The position numbers and the translations under genes are program-made. Positions 43,301 through 59,170 of a stretch of DNA of 64,000 nt are shown here, in pieces; the stretch's first letter is position 1; every line of letters begins with the position of its first letter. Under the pieces are notes generated by a model, which saw nothing but the letters and a program-made list of their open reading frames with translations, was not told where the DNA came from and made no database searches. Source of the stretch: Octopus vulgaris (lineage: Eukaryota); contig OX597814.1 in NCBI GenBank assembly GCA_951406725.2, positions 2,170,001 to 2,234,000 on the forward strand, in the 5' to 3' direction.

Positions 43301-43565
43301 CGTGATCGTCCAGACTTTCGGATTTTGATTTACATCGTATGTTACAATGGGCTTTGCATCGTCTGAGCTTTCTAATGATGACACTCGACTGGGTGGCTGG
43401 CTAGGCGAGCAGGCCAACAGTCCCTTCTGATCGGAAGGTTGCTTCGTCACAAGGTGTGACCCATTTACAGCTGAGTGGACTGAAGGAACGTGAAATGAAG
43501 TGTTTTGCTCAAGAACACAATGTGTCGTACGATCCGGGAATCGAAACGGCGATCTAGCGACCGTG
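43298..43565 (-). mobile_element. SINE fragments (tail type 3 and family D body)
   Basis: gctggctaggcgagcaggccaacag; cagctgagtggactg...gtgttttgctcaagaacacaa. Confidence 0.7.
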
Positions 43566-43639
43566 ATCTCTGGTCGTCATTATGCATACGAGTATGTTTG
43601 TATATATATGTGTGTGTATACATGTAAGAGAGAGAGAGG

Positions 43640-43671
<32 letters not shown>

Positions 43672-44049
43672 GAAAGAGATGGATAAGGGGTTTTAGAGGG
43701 GCTGTTTGTGTATGTGCGTGTTTTGCCCGGTTTTTGAGAGGTGGGGTGGATGCTATTTTCAAGACTATCTCTTTCTAATATCCAGGAGTGCTGGAGATGT
43801 ACGATATACATTTTTACAGGAACTATAAATGTTGAAGATTACCGCGGCAACAGCTTGTAAGATTACATCACCGAGTGGTCTTTCATGGCCTGAAATTTCA
43901 TTCATTGTAAAGTTTATCTATGAATGAGTTCTGTCTGTTGTGACGAAACGAACGAAATACTTTACATTGTATCCGTTGCAGTCTAATGAGGTTTGTGGTG
44001 AAACAATTCAAATAGGCCTACTAAGAATGCCTGAATACCGCCGCCATAA

Positions 44050-44434
44050 CGTGGTACTCCGTCGGTTACGACGACGAGGGTTCCAGTTGATCCGATCAAC
44101 GGAACAGCCTGCTCGTGAAATTAACGTGCAAGTGGCTGAGCATTCCACACTCACACTTGTACCCTTAACGTAGTTTTTTGGGGAGATTCAGCGTGACACA
44201 GAGTGTGACAAGGCTGACCCTTTGAAATGCAAGTAGAAGGAAAAATAAGAAGAAAGAGTGAGAGAAAGTTGTGACGAAAGAGTACAGCAAGGTACGCCAC
44301 CACCCCAGCCAGAGAACGTGGTGCTTTTAGGTGCTTTCGCTCAATAAACATTCACATCGCCCGGTCTGGGAATCGAAACCGCGATCCTACGACCGCGAGT
44401 CTGCTGCCCTACGCAATGGGCCATTGCGTCTCCA
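44050..44434 (-). mobile_element. SINE family B, full length, tail type 1
   Basis: Reverse complement homologous to 5825-6206. Confidence 0.9.
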
Positions 44435-44633
44435 TTCCCACCATACACGCACATATAAAAAAGAAGAAAAAAAGACATAATGAATCTAAGATATTACTTG
44501 AGCACCATTGTCATTATTTCTTTCCGTTGCCCTCATATTACGGTTGACGATTTCAAATGTTGCCGAACCATTTGTTTTCTTCCCCAATATCTTCACTTTA
44601 TATTTCAAACTTTACTCAAGTATTATACACCCT

Positions 44634-44836
44634 CCGGCGAGCTGGCAGAAACGTTAGCACGCCGGGCGAAATGCTTAGCGGTATTTCGTCTGCCGTTACG
44701 TTCTGGGTTCAAATTCCGACGAGGTCGACTTTATCATTCATCCTTTCGGACTGGGGTCGATGTAATCGACTTAATCCGTTTGTCTGTCCTTGTTTGTCCT
44801 CTCTGTATTTAGCCCGTTGTGAGTAGTAAAGAAATA
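44634..44836 (+). mobile_element. SINE family E
   Basis: ggcgagctggcagaaacgttagcacgccgggcgaaatgcttagcgg...gggttcaaattcc...tcatcctttcgg; the last segment recalls the Deu/Nin SINE domain. Confidence 0.8.
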
Positions 44837-44844
44837 TATATATA

Positions 44845-45006
44845 GGCGCAGGAGTGGCTGTGTGGTAAGTAGCTTGCTAACCAACCACATGGTTCCGGGT
44901 TCAGTCCCACTGCGTGGCATCTTGGGCAAGTGTCTTCTGCTATATCCCCGGGCCGACCAATGCCTTGTGAGTGGATTTGGTAGACGGAAACTGAAAGAAG
45001 CCTGTC

Positions 45007-45076
<70 letters not shown>

Positions 45077-45289
45077 ATTTGTGTGTCTGTGTTTGTCCCC
45101 CTAGCATTGCTTGACAACCGATGCTGGTGTGTTTACGTCCCCGTCACATAGCGGTTCGGCAAAAAGAGACCGATAGAATAAGTACTGGGCTTACAAAGAA
45201 TAAGTCCCGCGGCCGATTTGCTCGACTAAAGGCGGTGCTCCTGCATGGCCGCAGTCAAATGACTGAAACAAGTAAAAGAGTAAAAGAGT
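44845..45289 (+). mobile_element. SINE family A, full length, young
   Basis: Nearly identical to 28285. Confidence 0.93.
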
Positions 45290-45835
45290 ATACATTTTCT
45301 ATTGTCTCTGTTGTGTATTTATATAATGTTGGTTGGTTAGACTTAGTGTTCGTTAGTATCCCTTGTATGAAAAGCGGTCGCGGGATTGGCAGTTTGTCTT
45401 CTCGGGCAGTTGTTATATTTTTCTCTCATTCATTTGCTTCGAAAACTAGGTTTCCGTTAGTTGAACGATGTGTTGTTAGAGTAATCGTACAATGTTAGCT
45501 CCTCCCACCGTAACGCACTTATCTACGAAATGCTTTGAGTAGGTGTACGATAAAATAGCGAGATAACATTAGACATAACACATACCCACATACAATAGTG
45601 CAGGCGAGGTTTCATAAATGGCCTATATCATACAAACTGTTATGTTATCGGCTTTGCTCGTCTAATGTCTGATTAAGTTTCTTGCCAAACATCAAGAACG
45701 AAACTATTTCTGACATTATTTGAGGAAAACAAAACTTAAACCGAACAGATTTCTTCTCCAAATAACACAATCGATTGATTAGAAAATCCACAACAAACCA
45801 TGATCAATACCAAAGACATATTTCCATCTCTTTGC

Positions 45836-46585
45836 TTCCTTCCTTCCTTCTTTCCTTCCTTCCTTTCTTTCCTTCCTTTCTTTCTTCCTTCCTTCCTACC
45901 TTTCTTTCTTTCTTTCTTCCTTCCTTCCTTCCTTCCTTCCTTCCTTCCTTCTTCCTTCCTTCCTTCCTTTCTTTCCTTCCTTTCTTTCTTTCTTTCTTTC
46001 CTTCCTTCCTTCCTTCCTTCCTTCCTTCCTTCCTTCCTTCCTTCCTTCCTTCCTTCCTTCTTTCCTTCCTTCCTTCCTTCCTTCCTTTCTTTCCTCCTTC
46101 CTTCCTTTCTTTCTTTCTTTCTTTCTTCCTTCCTTCCTTCCTTTCTTTCTTTCTTCCTTCTTCTTTCTTTCTTTCTTTCTTCCTTCCTTTCCTTCCTTCC
46201 TTCCTTCCTTCCTTCCTTTCTTCCTTCCTTCCTTCCTTCTTTCTTTCCTTCCCTCCTTTCTTTCCTTCCTTTCTTACTTCCTTCTTTCTTTCTTTCCTTC
46301 TTTCCTTCCTTCCTTCCTTCCTTCTTTCCTTCCTTCCTTCCTTCCTTCCTACCTTCCTTCATTTCTTCCTTCCTACATTTCCGTCCGTCCTTCCTTCCTT
46401 CATTCATTTCTGCCTTCCTTCTTTCTTTCTTTCCTTCTTTCTTTCCTTCATTCCTTCATTCCTTCCTTCCTTCCTTCCTTTCTTTCTTTCTTCCTTCCTT
46501 CCTTCCTTCCTTCCTTCCTTCCTTCCTTCCTTCCTTCCTTCCTTCTTTCCTTCCTTCCATTCTTCTTTTCTTCCTTCCTTTCTTT
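45836..46585. repeat. (TTCC)n/(TTTC)n polypyrimidine tract, ~750 bp
   Basis: Read directly from sequence. Confidence 0.95.
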
Positions 46586-46645
46586 GCCTCATTTCATCCT
46601 TCTCACATCTTTTTGATTGTATCATCACTATCAGCGTCTAAGTAT

Positions 46646-46718
<73 letters not shown>

Positions 46719-46943
46719 ATCTTTCTTATATTCTTTTATTCTTTTACAAAAATAAGTAACGGCCTCTACGCCGTTATTTTTGTAATGCATTGTTCGACTC
46801 AAAGTATTTCAAGGTGGTGTCCCAGCATGGCCGCATTCTAATGACACATTCATATATAAGTGTATGTGTAACTGTATCTACATTTGTATGTATACATATA
46901 CGTACATATATGTACATAATATTCTTAAATACATACATACATG

Positions 46944-47079
<136 letters not shown>

Positions 47080-47189
47080 GAGAGAGGAAGAGACCTAATC
47101 CAAACATGAAAATACAAAGAGAAAACACAACAACGCGAGGAACAAGTATAGTGCTATTGAACGCTCAGAAAAGGAAAGAAAGAAGGAGG

Positions 47190-47224
47190 ATTTAACGTTT
47201 TGAGCGGAACTCTTCGTCAGAAAC
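47190..47224 (-). ncRNA. Degenerate hammerhead motif in element ~47097-47285 (family of 33193)
   Basis: GUUU-CUGACGA-a-GAGU(ucc)GCUC-AAAAC-GUU-AAAU (G12A). Confidence 0.45.
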
Positions 47225-48074
47225 ATAGAAAAAGGAAAGATCTAAGGAAGGGAAGACGGAGGAGAAAATATCGCCAACGATACACACGCGGTTAAATATA
47301 TGCATATATGGGTACTGGACGTCACAGAACGTAAACACCATGAAATAAGATGGCGAACTTTGGTATGCTAACAACGAGAGAAACAAATGGAAAAGGAGAC
47401 AAGCATCGTAAAGGACGACGCTTCATCAGTTGTCGGCTGTTTACTAACTCCACACTTCGAGCAATTCACGATAATATGAAGCTTCGAAAAAACAGTTGCT
47501 CCCGCGAATCAAAATAAGATTTGGGATTTGGGGATGGTCAAAATTGGTAACAAGAACAGGAAAGTGAAGACATACAACAAATAGAGTGAAAACAAACATT
47601 CAGGGGCGTTAAGCCACACGTGGTAAGGTAGGGAACGCTGGAGGAATATTCTTTGACCTGACGAAAGATAGGAGAGGAAACAGATAAGAATGCGTCAGGT
47701 CTGTGCGAAAGACCAGACTGAAGGAAAAAAAAAGATGATCACATGAAGAAAAGGAAGATGGACGGTGGTCTCGTGTAAGCAACAATAGAGAAAGAGTAAA
47801 GGAGAAAGAGGGAGAGGGAGTGACACACAGAGACTGATAGAAAATGGTGAAGGGGAGAAAAAACTTAAAGAAACGAAGAGAGAGAAACCGATTGGGGGAG
47901 AGAGTGAAGAGTACAAGGTAGAGTCGCATCAAAATTATTAAGATAAACTTATTTGGAAATGGATGCGTGGCTTTCAATCATATAATAATATAAATAATAT
48001 ATATATTTCGTAATCCGTGTCGTTTTCGTATTTCATGTTTACTTTTTGTGACGTCCTGTACCCATATATATGCA

Positions 48075-48146
<72 letters not shown>

Positions 48147-48164
48147 AGTATGTACATATATTTA

Positions 48165-48200
<36 letters not shown>

Positions 48201-48725
48201 AGATAAGAAAATGGAGAAATACATCTAAATCAAATATCAATTACCAGATAATACTCAATCACATACTTTATTAAACCACCACATAAGAGATTGTAGGGTT
48301 AGATATAAAAAGCAGAACAAATAAGTGTACATAAAGGAATGTACATAAAAAAGTGTACATGAAAGAGTAATGTTGTATAATAAGTAGAATATATATAAAA
48401 GAGAGAATATAAATATAAGTAAATATAAATATAAGTATAAATTACATCTTACAGCTGTTTCGGCCAAGTAGATAAGTATGTCTCATTTTACCAATATTAG
48501 CCCTTTATGGTAGGTCAATATAGTAATTGAATTGATTACATCGCAATCATTAACATTTATGTATTAGCTTTGTTGGGTACTTCACTAGCAGTATATTGGA
48601 TACATGTTATCCCATGGAGGGTTGCATTTACAACCCCTATCTCAATTTGTATATATATATATATAATTTATATCATTATATGATTGAACGCCACACATCC
48701 ATTTCCGAGGAAGTTTATCTATCTT

Positions 48726-48890
<165 letters not shown>

Positions 48891-48933
48891 TTTTCTATCT
48901 ATCTATCTGTCTATCTATCTATCTATCTATCTG

Positions 48934-48997
<64 letters not shown>

Positions 48998-49010
48998 ATC
49001 TATCTATCTT

Positions 49011-49050
<40 letters not shown>

Positions 49051-49076
49051 GGTATCTAGCTATTTATCTTGAACTC

Positions 49077-49111
<35 letters not shown>

Positions 49112-49112
49112 A

Positions 49113-49182
<70 letters not shown>

Positions 49183-49402
49183 TAAGTATATATAGGTATA
49201 TATATATATATATATTTATGTAAATATATATATGTATATATATATATGTATATATATATATGTATATATACGTATATATATATATATCAATAACGCACAG
49301 GCACAGTGTACAAAATATCTATTTATTATATTTTTCATCCATCTACTTTTTAAAATCTATCATATATCTATGTATCTATGTATGTAACTCTATGTCTCTG
49401 CC

Positions 49403-49490
<88 letters not shown>

Positions 49491-49640
49491 ATCACAGACA
49501 ACATATCTATACATATGATACGTTTATGCACATATTTGCACATATCTATATACATGTAGAGAAATATATTTATATAAGGATACATACACTAATGTACATG
49601 TGTATAGTCACGTATAAAAGTGCATATATTTCTAGGTCTT

Positions 49641-49695
<55 letters not shown>

Positions 49696-50052
49696 ATGGC
49701 AGGCTGGGTGTGTGTGTCTGTGTGTGCTAGTGCGCGTTGGTGAGAGTGTGTATGTGTCGAGTTATTCTTTATCTCCAAATTTCATTATTTCGTCTGCTGG
49801 CTGCTATTTATCAACATCTTCCTATCGTTCCCACCATCTTCTTTCTTTTGAACTATCAGCAACACATCCATAAGTTCGAAATCTACCTGCCTCCAAGCCC
49901 CCACCACCACCACCACCATCCCTCCATCCTTTCACCCATCCATCATTCTCGCCATATACATAAATATATACGTATATATATACATGCAGAAACATATACA
50001 TACATACATACATGGATACAAACATTGATACATGAATATATATGTTTGTGTG

Positions 50053-50114
<62 letters not shown>

Positions 50115-50334
50115 CACACACACACAAACACACACATATATATATTATATATATATATTACGATATATATCATATAATATATATATATATACACATATAT
50201 CAACTTACTCCACAACTACACACACGCAACACACATAATACTCATTCATGAGGGTGGTAAAAATTTCTGTTGTTGTTGTTTTACTTCTTCCGTTTCTTCT
50301 TCATCATCATCATCTTCTTCTTCTTCTTCTTCTT

Positions 50335-50414
<80 letters not shown>

Positions 50415-50695
50415 CGTTATTATTGTTATGATTAATATTATTATTGTTATTATTATCAATGTCTTTGTTGTTTTTATTGATGTTGTTGTTAGCATTATTA
50501 TTGATATTGTTCATGTATTTAGTTACATATTTCTTTGTCCTCCCTTCATTTCCGTCTTAGATTCTGTCTCCTTAGGGAAGACATACGTTATAAATGTGAA
50601 AGATGCATATAGAGATAGACAGATAGATAGATAGATTAATAGATAGATAGACATAGATATATAAGTAAATATATAGATAGACACATAGGTAAGTC

Positions 50696-50772
<77 letters not shown>

Positions 50773-51032
50773 CCTGTCTGTCTGTCTATTTATCTATCTA
50801 TTTTTATATCTATCTATCTATACATATATATATATGTATGTATATGTATATATGTATATATATGTATATGTATGTATAAGTATTTATATGTTTATATATG
50901 TACATGTATATATATATATGTGTTTATATATATGTATATATATATTTATATATATATATATGTATGTATATGTATGTATATGTATATATATATGTATATC
51001 TATGTATATGTATATGTATGTATGTATGTATG

Positions 51033-51087
<55 letters not shown>

Positions 51088-51091
<4 letters not shown>

Positions 51092-51290
51092 GTAAAATAA
51101 TATGTGACAATTATTTAATAGCCAAGGTAAAACTCTGAGTTTCGGATGCCAAGATGGAAATCCACAACACCATCTCTTCGGTTTTCTGTCCATCTAATGG
51201 CTATTGAATAATTGTCACTTATTATTTTACTGATAAATTTCCTCTATTTACATAATATTGAGGTCTCTTTCTTTCTTTTGTTATCTTACC
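51088..51290. mobile_element. Fold-back short element, family of 32940-33130, with degenerate hammerhead on minus strand
   Basis: gtgacaattatttaatagcc vs ggctattgaataattgtcac; minus strand CCGAAGA...ggcaucc-GAAACUCAGAGUU. Confidence 0.65.
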
Positions 51291-51320
51291 GTTTTTACCA
51301 ATGTAATAATATTTTTAACA

Positions 51321-51376
<56 letters not shown>

Positions 51377-51444
51377 TTGTGTGTGTATATATATATATAA
51401 TTGATTTGATTATGTAAAGGGAAGATGTGTTGAGATGTCATCTT

Positions 51445-51714
51445 GTACGACGATCGTTTCGCCCCATCTTGTCCTTTATGGGTGGGACTCCGTGAATCCT
51501 GCTGTGTTGCGTCTATTTTGCAGTCATATCAGGTACGTCCATACATAAAGTTTTGCCTCACTAAAGATCTTAAGTTCGGGCGGTCTTTAGCGTGACATAA
51601 CTTTATGTATGGATGTACCTGATGAGACCCAGACTGCAAAATGGATGCAACACAACATGATGCACAGAATCCCACCCATAAGGGACAGCAGCAGGATGGG
51701 TCGAAACGATCGTC
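51445..51714. repeat. ~270-bp fold-back with a hammerhead in each arm (best copy 51615-51714 +)
   Basis: GUAC-CUGAUGA-GACCC[long loop]GGGUC-GAA-ACGAUCGU-C; the left arm retains the 3' GUAC of stem I. Confidence 0.72.
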
Positions 51715-51878
51715 GAAGAGAATAAAGACTAATACGAAATCCATCTTTTGGTTACTTAATCAGTTATTACTCTCTCAGCTAACACTGCGAAATTCCTTTT
51801 TTTTGTTTCTAACGGCAATATACCACGATGTCATATATATATATACTTTATTTAAAGCAGCAGAAAATTCAACAAAAT

Positions 51879-51916
51879 CTGTTACTCTGAGTTTCTCGTT
51901 GCCGTTCATCAGACAG
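51879..51916 (-). ncRNA. Minimal type-I hammerhead motif, canonical core
   Basis: CUGU-CUGAUGA-aCG(GCAA)CGa-GAA-ACUC-A-GAGU-A-ACAG; GNRA loop II, GUA triplet. Confidence 0.65.
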
Positions 51917-52680
51917 TTTTTGCTAGAATGGAACCGATATATCAATTGAATCTAGACTCTTACAAACGCTACACCTTTAAAAAAAATGGACTTGTTTGAT
52001 TGGCCCTTTAGAAATAACGGTCAATCTTCGAGCGATAAACAAAAAAAGCTCAAAAATATATGTATATATATATAAAAAATTATAAAAATTATAAAATTCG
52101 AGGAAAAAACCTTACATTGAATAAAATACATATTGACGTTAATGAAGAAAGTATAATTAATGCATAGAAATTAAAACTTATTATAAATATTACACTGCAA
52201 TACATATTTATATTAAAGTGTACATATATATATCAACATACACAGAAGGATGCGTGCAAACGCCATACATATACAGACGTATAAATATAAATCTAAAATA
52301 TACACACAAATGCATGCATACATATATGTTCGCAATCTATCTCGCACGCAAGTTAAAATCATCGATGTAGCGATTCTCATTTAGTGAGTAAAGCTTAAGT
52401 AAGGGGGACGTAAAGTTGTATCAGTATCAGTTAGAGAAAAAAACGAAAGAAAGAAAGAGAGAGAAAAAGGACCGAAGAAGGGGGAAGGAAAAAAGAAAAA
52501 GGAGGGGTGGGGAAAAAACGACTGCATGTGTATGTATCCATTCGAACTTGTGTATTTGTATACTTGTCTCCATATATGTCAATAACGCGGTTACATAGCT
52601 TGTATACATAATTTTTCTTATTTCGTTTTTTCCCCACCCCTCCTTTTTCTTTTCCTTTTTTCTTTTCATGTGTTTACTCC

Positions 52681-53238
<558 letters not shown>

Positions 53239-53249
53239 GGGGAGAGAGA

Positions 53250-53480
53250 AAGCGTCGAGCTTACGAACGTGAGGTTGTGGGTTCGATTCCCTGGCCGGGC
53301 TGCGTGTTGTGTTCTTGAGCAAGACTATTTCACGTTGCTCCAGTTCACTCAGCTGTAGAAATGAGTTGTGATGTCACTGGTACCAAGCTGTATTGGCCCC
53401 TTTGCCGTTCCCTTGGATAACATCGGTGGCATGGAGAGTGGATGCTGGTATACACGGGCGACAGCCGGTCTTTCATAAAA
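53250..53480 (+). mobile_element. SINE family D variant with a different tail
   Basis: gggttcgattccctggccgggc...ttgagcaagac...cacgttgctccagttcactcagctgtagaaatgag. Confidence 0.75.
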
Positions 53481-53967
53481 TCAACCCGAAGTTGTGCGTT
53501 CGCCGATGCATATTCATTGTTCATTTACACGTTGCATACTCAGGGATTCCGGAATGTTGCATAACGATGCAATAAAATATCCATTTCCTTTCGTCAGACG
53601 TTATGCAGAATCATCGTATTATTATTTCTTTCTAATATGTGTCGTCGCAAGATGTTGCATGAGATGAAATTGTTTCTGACACACCACTGAATGAGGAAAG
53701 TCTAAAGTCAATAAATACAACTAGCGTTCGACCACGAAGTGTATTTATCCACTGAGAAACTTATACAGGATATGGAAGGTAATTACTCAAGTTATCGTAT
53801 TGTTGGCGCAGATGTATTTATTTTTGTGCAAGGAAAAAATAAAGAAAACAGTGTTTATAATCACGTGAAGTGCTATCAAGTTGATGAGCAGGATCTGATA
53901 TAAACCTAATATTATCCTACAACACACACCTAGACACGCAAACAAACACACATATATATTTATACAG

Positions 53968-54002
<35 letters not shown>

Positions 54003-54038
54003 AGAGATAAATTGATATAGGATTCAATATACACGCAA

Positions 54039-54079
<41 letters not shown>

Positions 54080-54170
54080 AATAGATAGAAGTAGATAAAT
54101 AGATAGATAGAAAGATAGACAGACAGAGATAGATAGATAGAAATAGATAGAAGTAGATAAATAGATAGAT

Positions 54171-54233
<63 letters not shown>

Positions 54234-54429
54234 AGTAGATAAATAGATAGATAGAAAGATAGACAGACAGAGATAGATAGAAAGATAGATAGATAGATAG
54301 ATAGATAAAACGAAAGAGGCACCAATAGATAGAGCGATATATAGACAAACACGTATGCGTGTGTGCCTTGTTTTACACTTAGCTTTTAATGTTCTCCTTA
54401 TTATAAGATGTACCTGAGTTTCTAAAATT

Positions 54430-54474
<45 letters not shown>

Positions 54475-54881
54475 GCGCGCGGGAAGGTACTTTATATGCT
54501 TCATAAACAAACACATCTACTCATTAAGCACCCACGAAACACACACAAAATTTCTTGCGTACACGTACGTTCACTCACATGCATTCACACATAAACACAC
54601 TCGCACAAGCCTGAAATAAGGACGCCCACTTGTGGTCCCTTCCTCCTCCACCCCTCGTTCCCTTTTCTTTCCTTCTTTCTTTATTTATTTATTCATTTCT
54701 GCCTTCTTCATGTACACGCACATACTCCAACACACACACACACACTCACACACGCCCCTAGACACACCCTGGTACTATGGCCACCTTTACAAGTGAAAGA
54801 GTGACGTTCCTGCAAAACGCCATCAGAACCATCCAGAACCAGGAACATTAAATATCTCTCGAAATACTTATGCAACGTCAG

Positions 54882-56136
54882 CACCACCACCATCACCACC
54901 ACCATCACCACCAAAACTACCACCACCATCACCACCACCAACAATACCACCACCACCATCACCACCACCACCACTATCACCACCACTATCACCACACCAC
55001 CACCACAGCTACCACCACCACTACCGCCACTACCACCACCACCACCATCACCACCACCACTACCACCACCACTACCACCACCACCGCTACCACTACCATC
55101 ACCACCACCACAGCTACCACCACCACCACGACCACGACCACCACTACGACCACGACGACGACGACCACCACCACCACCACCACGACGACCACCACCACCA
55201 CTACCATCACCACCACCACACCACCACCACTATCACCACCACTATCACCACCACCACCACCACCACCATTAGAGCCATAATTATCACTAACACCTCCACC
55301 GTTACCAACACAATCGCCATCCTCGTCACCGCAACCCCCGCCATTAGCATCAATAAGGCGAATATCAACATCATCAGTACCACCATTTCGAAAACCAATA
55401 CCATCGCCACCATCGTCAACACAACCACCACAACGGCGACCAGGAGCACCTGCATCACCTCCAGCATTAGCACTCACTGCACCACCACCACCACCACCAC
55501 CACCACCACCACCACGACCACCACCACCACCACCACTACCACAATCTCACCACCACTGGTATCTGCGTCACCTTCAGCAATACCACCACCATCATCAGCT
55601 CCACCACCAGTACAACCACTGATACCACCACAATCTCACCACCACCACCACCACCACCGCCGCCAGCAAGCAGCAGTAGCATACCATCGCCGACATCTTC
55701 ATCACCTCCAACACAAGTACAACCACCGCCACTACCACCACTACCAGCACCACCACACCCATCGCCACCCATCGCCACCATCATAACCACCGCCGCCTCC
55801 ACCGAAACCACCACCACCAAAACTACCACCATCGTCACTGCCACGACCACTACCACCAGTGCCGCCATCTGCAGCGAATCTATTACAACCACCATCACCA
55901 CCGCCAACACCGCCACCACCACCAGCACCAGCACCAGCACCAGCACAACACCACCACCACCACCACTACCACCAAAGCTACCACCACTGTCTCCACCGTC
56001 ACCGCTACCATACCAGCACCACCACCACCACCACCACCACTATCACAAAACTACCACCACCGCTACTACCGTCATCGCCCCACCAGCATTCCCACAAACA
56101 CAATCCCCGACACCTGCATTACCTCTAACACAGGCA

Positions 56137-56167
<31 letters not shown>

Positions 56168-56212
56168 CACCACCACCACCAACAACAACGACTACAGCGC
56201 CGCCACCACCGC
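54882..56212. repeat. Degenerate (CAC/ACC)n triplet tract, ~1.3 kb
   Basis: Read directly; reading frames broken by stops and shifts. Confidence 0.9.
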
Positions 56213-56491
56213 CTTCCTCTTCGACCCAGTATCAACAAGACAACGGCAGAAGATTACAAGAATAGAAAAGAAGAAAAAAAAAAAAAAACGCGAGAGAGTG
56301 AGTGAGAAGAAGGCGAAGAAGAAGAAGAAGAAGAAGAAGGGTGTTAAGATTTTCAAGAAAGAATTATCTGATAAGACATGTACTGGTCTACATTCTTTTT
56401 GGGCCTGAGGACAAGGATTTTCGGGTCAATGGGATTTCAATATACATCGCTTCTCACTCGCTCACTCACTCACTCTCTCACTCCCTCGCTC

Positions 56492-56538
<47 letters not shown>

Positions 56539-56663
56539 AACTCTCACACGCTCTCTTTCGCTGAATCTCTCCAAAAGCAATCCAAGACGAAATGTTAAAA
56601 TATATGGTTTCATCTTTTTGTTATTTCAGTTCTCAATAAACCTACTTCGTTCCGTTAGCGCAT

Positions 56664-57212
<549 letters not shown>

Positions 57213-57268
57213 TTTCTTTTTCTGCAGCTGTTTATTATTATTTTTCTTGTCAATATATATTCAGTATC

Positions 57269-57318
<50 letters not shown>

Positions 57319-57369
57319 AACATATATATACATATATATATATGCATATATATGTACCTATGTGTGAGT

Positions 57370-57421
<52 letters not shown>

Positions 57422-57924
57422 ACATATCTATATTTCTATATATTTACACACACACACGCACACACACACATATGTATGTGTACATTTTATACAATAATAT
57501 TTTTACGTATTTGTTGTTTCTAACTTCGCTTCTTTTGACACCTCATCCTCTATCTCTGCTCGCCATCATTTATCAATTTATCTATCTGTCCGTCTGTCTT
57601 TCAGCTGTCTATCCATCTATCCGTCTGTTTGCCTGTCTGCTTGTCTGTCTGTCTGTCTGCCTGCCTGTCTGCTCCTCTGTCTGTCTGTCACTCTATTGGT
57701 CTGTCTGTCTGTCGGTTTCTCTCTCTCTCTCTCTCTCTCTCTCCTCCACTCTATCTGCACGCACGCCCACATTACCCACGCACGCACACACCATACACAC
57801 ACACACGCACACACGCACACATATGTACATATGTATTTATGCATGTATGTATATATTTATATACATACATACAGAAAGATATATATTGTATCTATCTATC
57901 TATCTATCTATCAATCAATCAATA

Positions 57925-57999
<75 letters not shown>

Positions 58000-58322
58000 A
58001 GGAAATATATATGAAATAAGGTTTGAAAATGCAATTTTAAAGGTGTTTATTCACGTGACCGGTTTCACTTTTTTAGAAAAAGATTGTCAAAAGTAAAATG
58101 TAAAGCTTTGTTGCTTTGTATGAGCTTTGTTGTGTTAAGTACTGGTTGTCACAAAAGTACTAAAATACATATATAAATTCTTTGATAATAATAAGAAAAT
58201 GTTAAAAGCAGTTTACAAGAAAGTATTTAAGAAAGTATTCAGAATGGGACTACAATAAGTAGTATGCATTCAATAAAAATCATGTTTATTTTGTATTATA
58301 TATATATATATAAACACAGAAG

Positions 58323-58512
58323 AAAACATTTCAGTACCGGTTTCTGTCATTGAGACTTTTTCAACTGTAAGTATGGAGAACAATTAAATTTTGGAAAAAT
58401 TAAATGACCTGTTTTTTGACACAATATTTATTTAATTTTTCCAAAATTTAATTGTTTTCCATACTTACAGTTGAAAAAGTCTCAACGAACGAAACCGGTA
58501 CTGAAATGTTTT
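58323..58512. repeat. Fold-back with paired hammerhead-like motifs, U3:A8 core (58332-58367 -, 58468-58503 +)
   Basis: CAG-UUGAAAA-a-GUC(ucaau)GAC-a-GAA-ACCGGU-A-CUG; ~80-bp inverted arms. Confidence 0.65.
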
Positions 58513-58611
58513 TTATAAAATTATTTTCTAAGTACTGGAGTAGTTCTTGGGATATATCAGGTTGTATGCCCCATGCAAAACAAACGAAAGAAAAGACCCA
58601 CGATTATCACC

Positions 58612-58806
58612 ATGAGCAAGATAGCCCAAAAGAAATTTCACTGGACAGAGAATGAAATTGCTATCCTACTCAACAGCTGGCTTGACCTATTACTAAAAGC
58701 CAACACACAAGCGCCATGCTTCAGTGACGTTGCTTCTAAAATTGTCCCACTTTTTGACAATCGAACAGTAAAACGTTATCGCTGTGAAAACAGCATCCAT
58801 TCATGA
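58612..58806 (+). pseudogene. Myb/SANT-like DNA-binding domain fragment, probably transposon-derived
   Basis: KKFHWTENEIAILL...VASKIVPLFDNRTVK resembles the WT..E...L / F..RT pattern of Myb-like domains. Confidence 0.4.
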
Positions 58807-58954
58807 ATTTATTTATTTATTAATTTTTTTAAATACATAGTTTACCTATGAATTTGCGTGCGTAATCTGGGAATGCATACAATGAGCTTCTCTGCTCTAG
58901 GTGTACGGAAAACACTCAGCGAGAAAAGGAAGAAAATTTGAAGAAAGAAGGAAA

Positions 58955-59048
<94 letters not shown>

Positions 59049-59080
59049 GCAATAATAATAATAATAATAGTAATAATAAG

Positions 59081-59170
<90 letters not shown>

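Noticed and set aside
45736-46759. Long KEGR / PSFL ORFs
   Set aside because: Translation of the (TTCC)n tract
47400-47445. Minus-strand CUGAUGA followed by a hairpin
   Set aside because: No GAAA or stem III after the hairpin
54870-56128. Mucin-like His/Thr/Pro ORFs
   Set aside because: Degenerate (CAC)n tract; frames interrupted by stops, no splice or domain context
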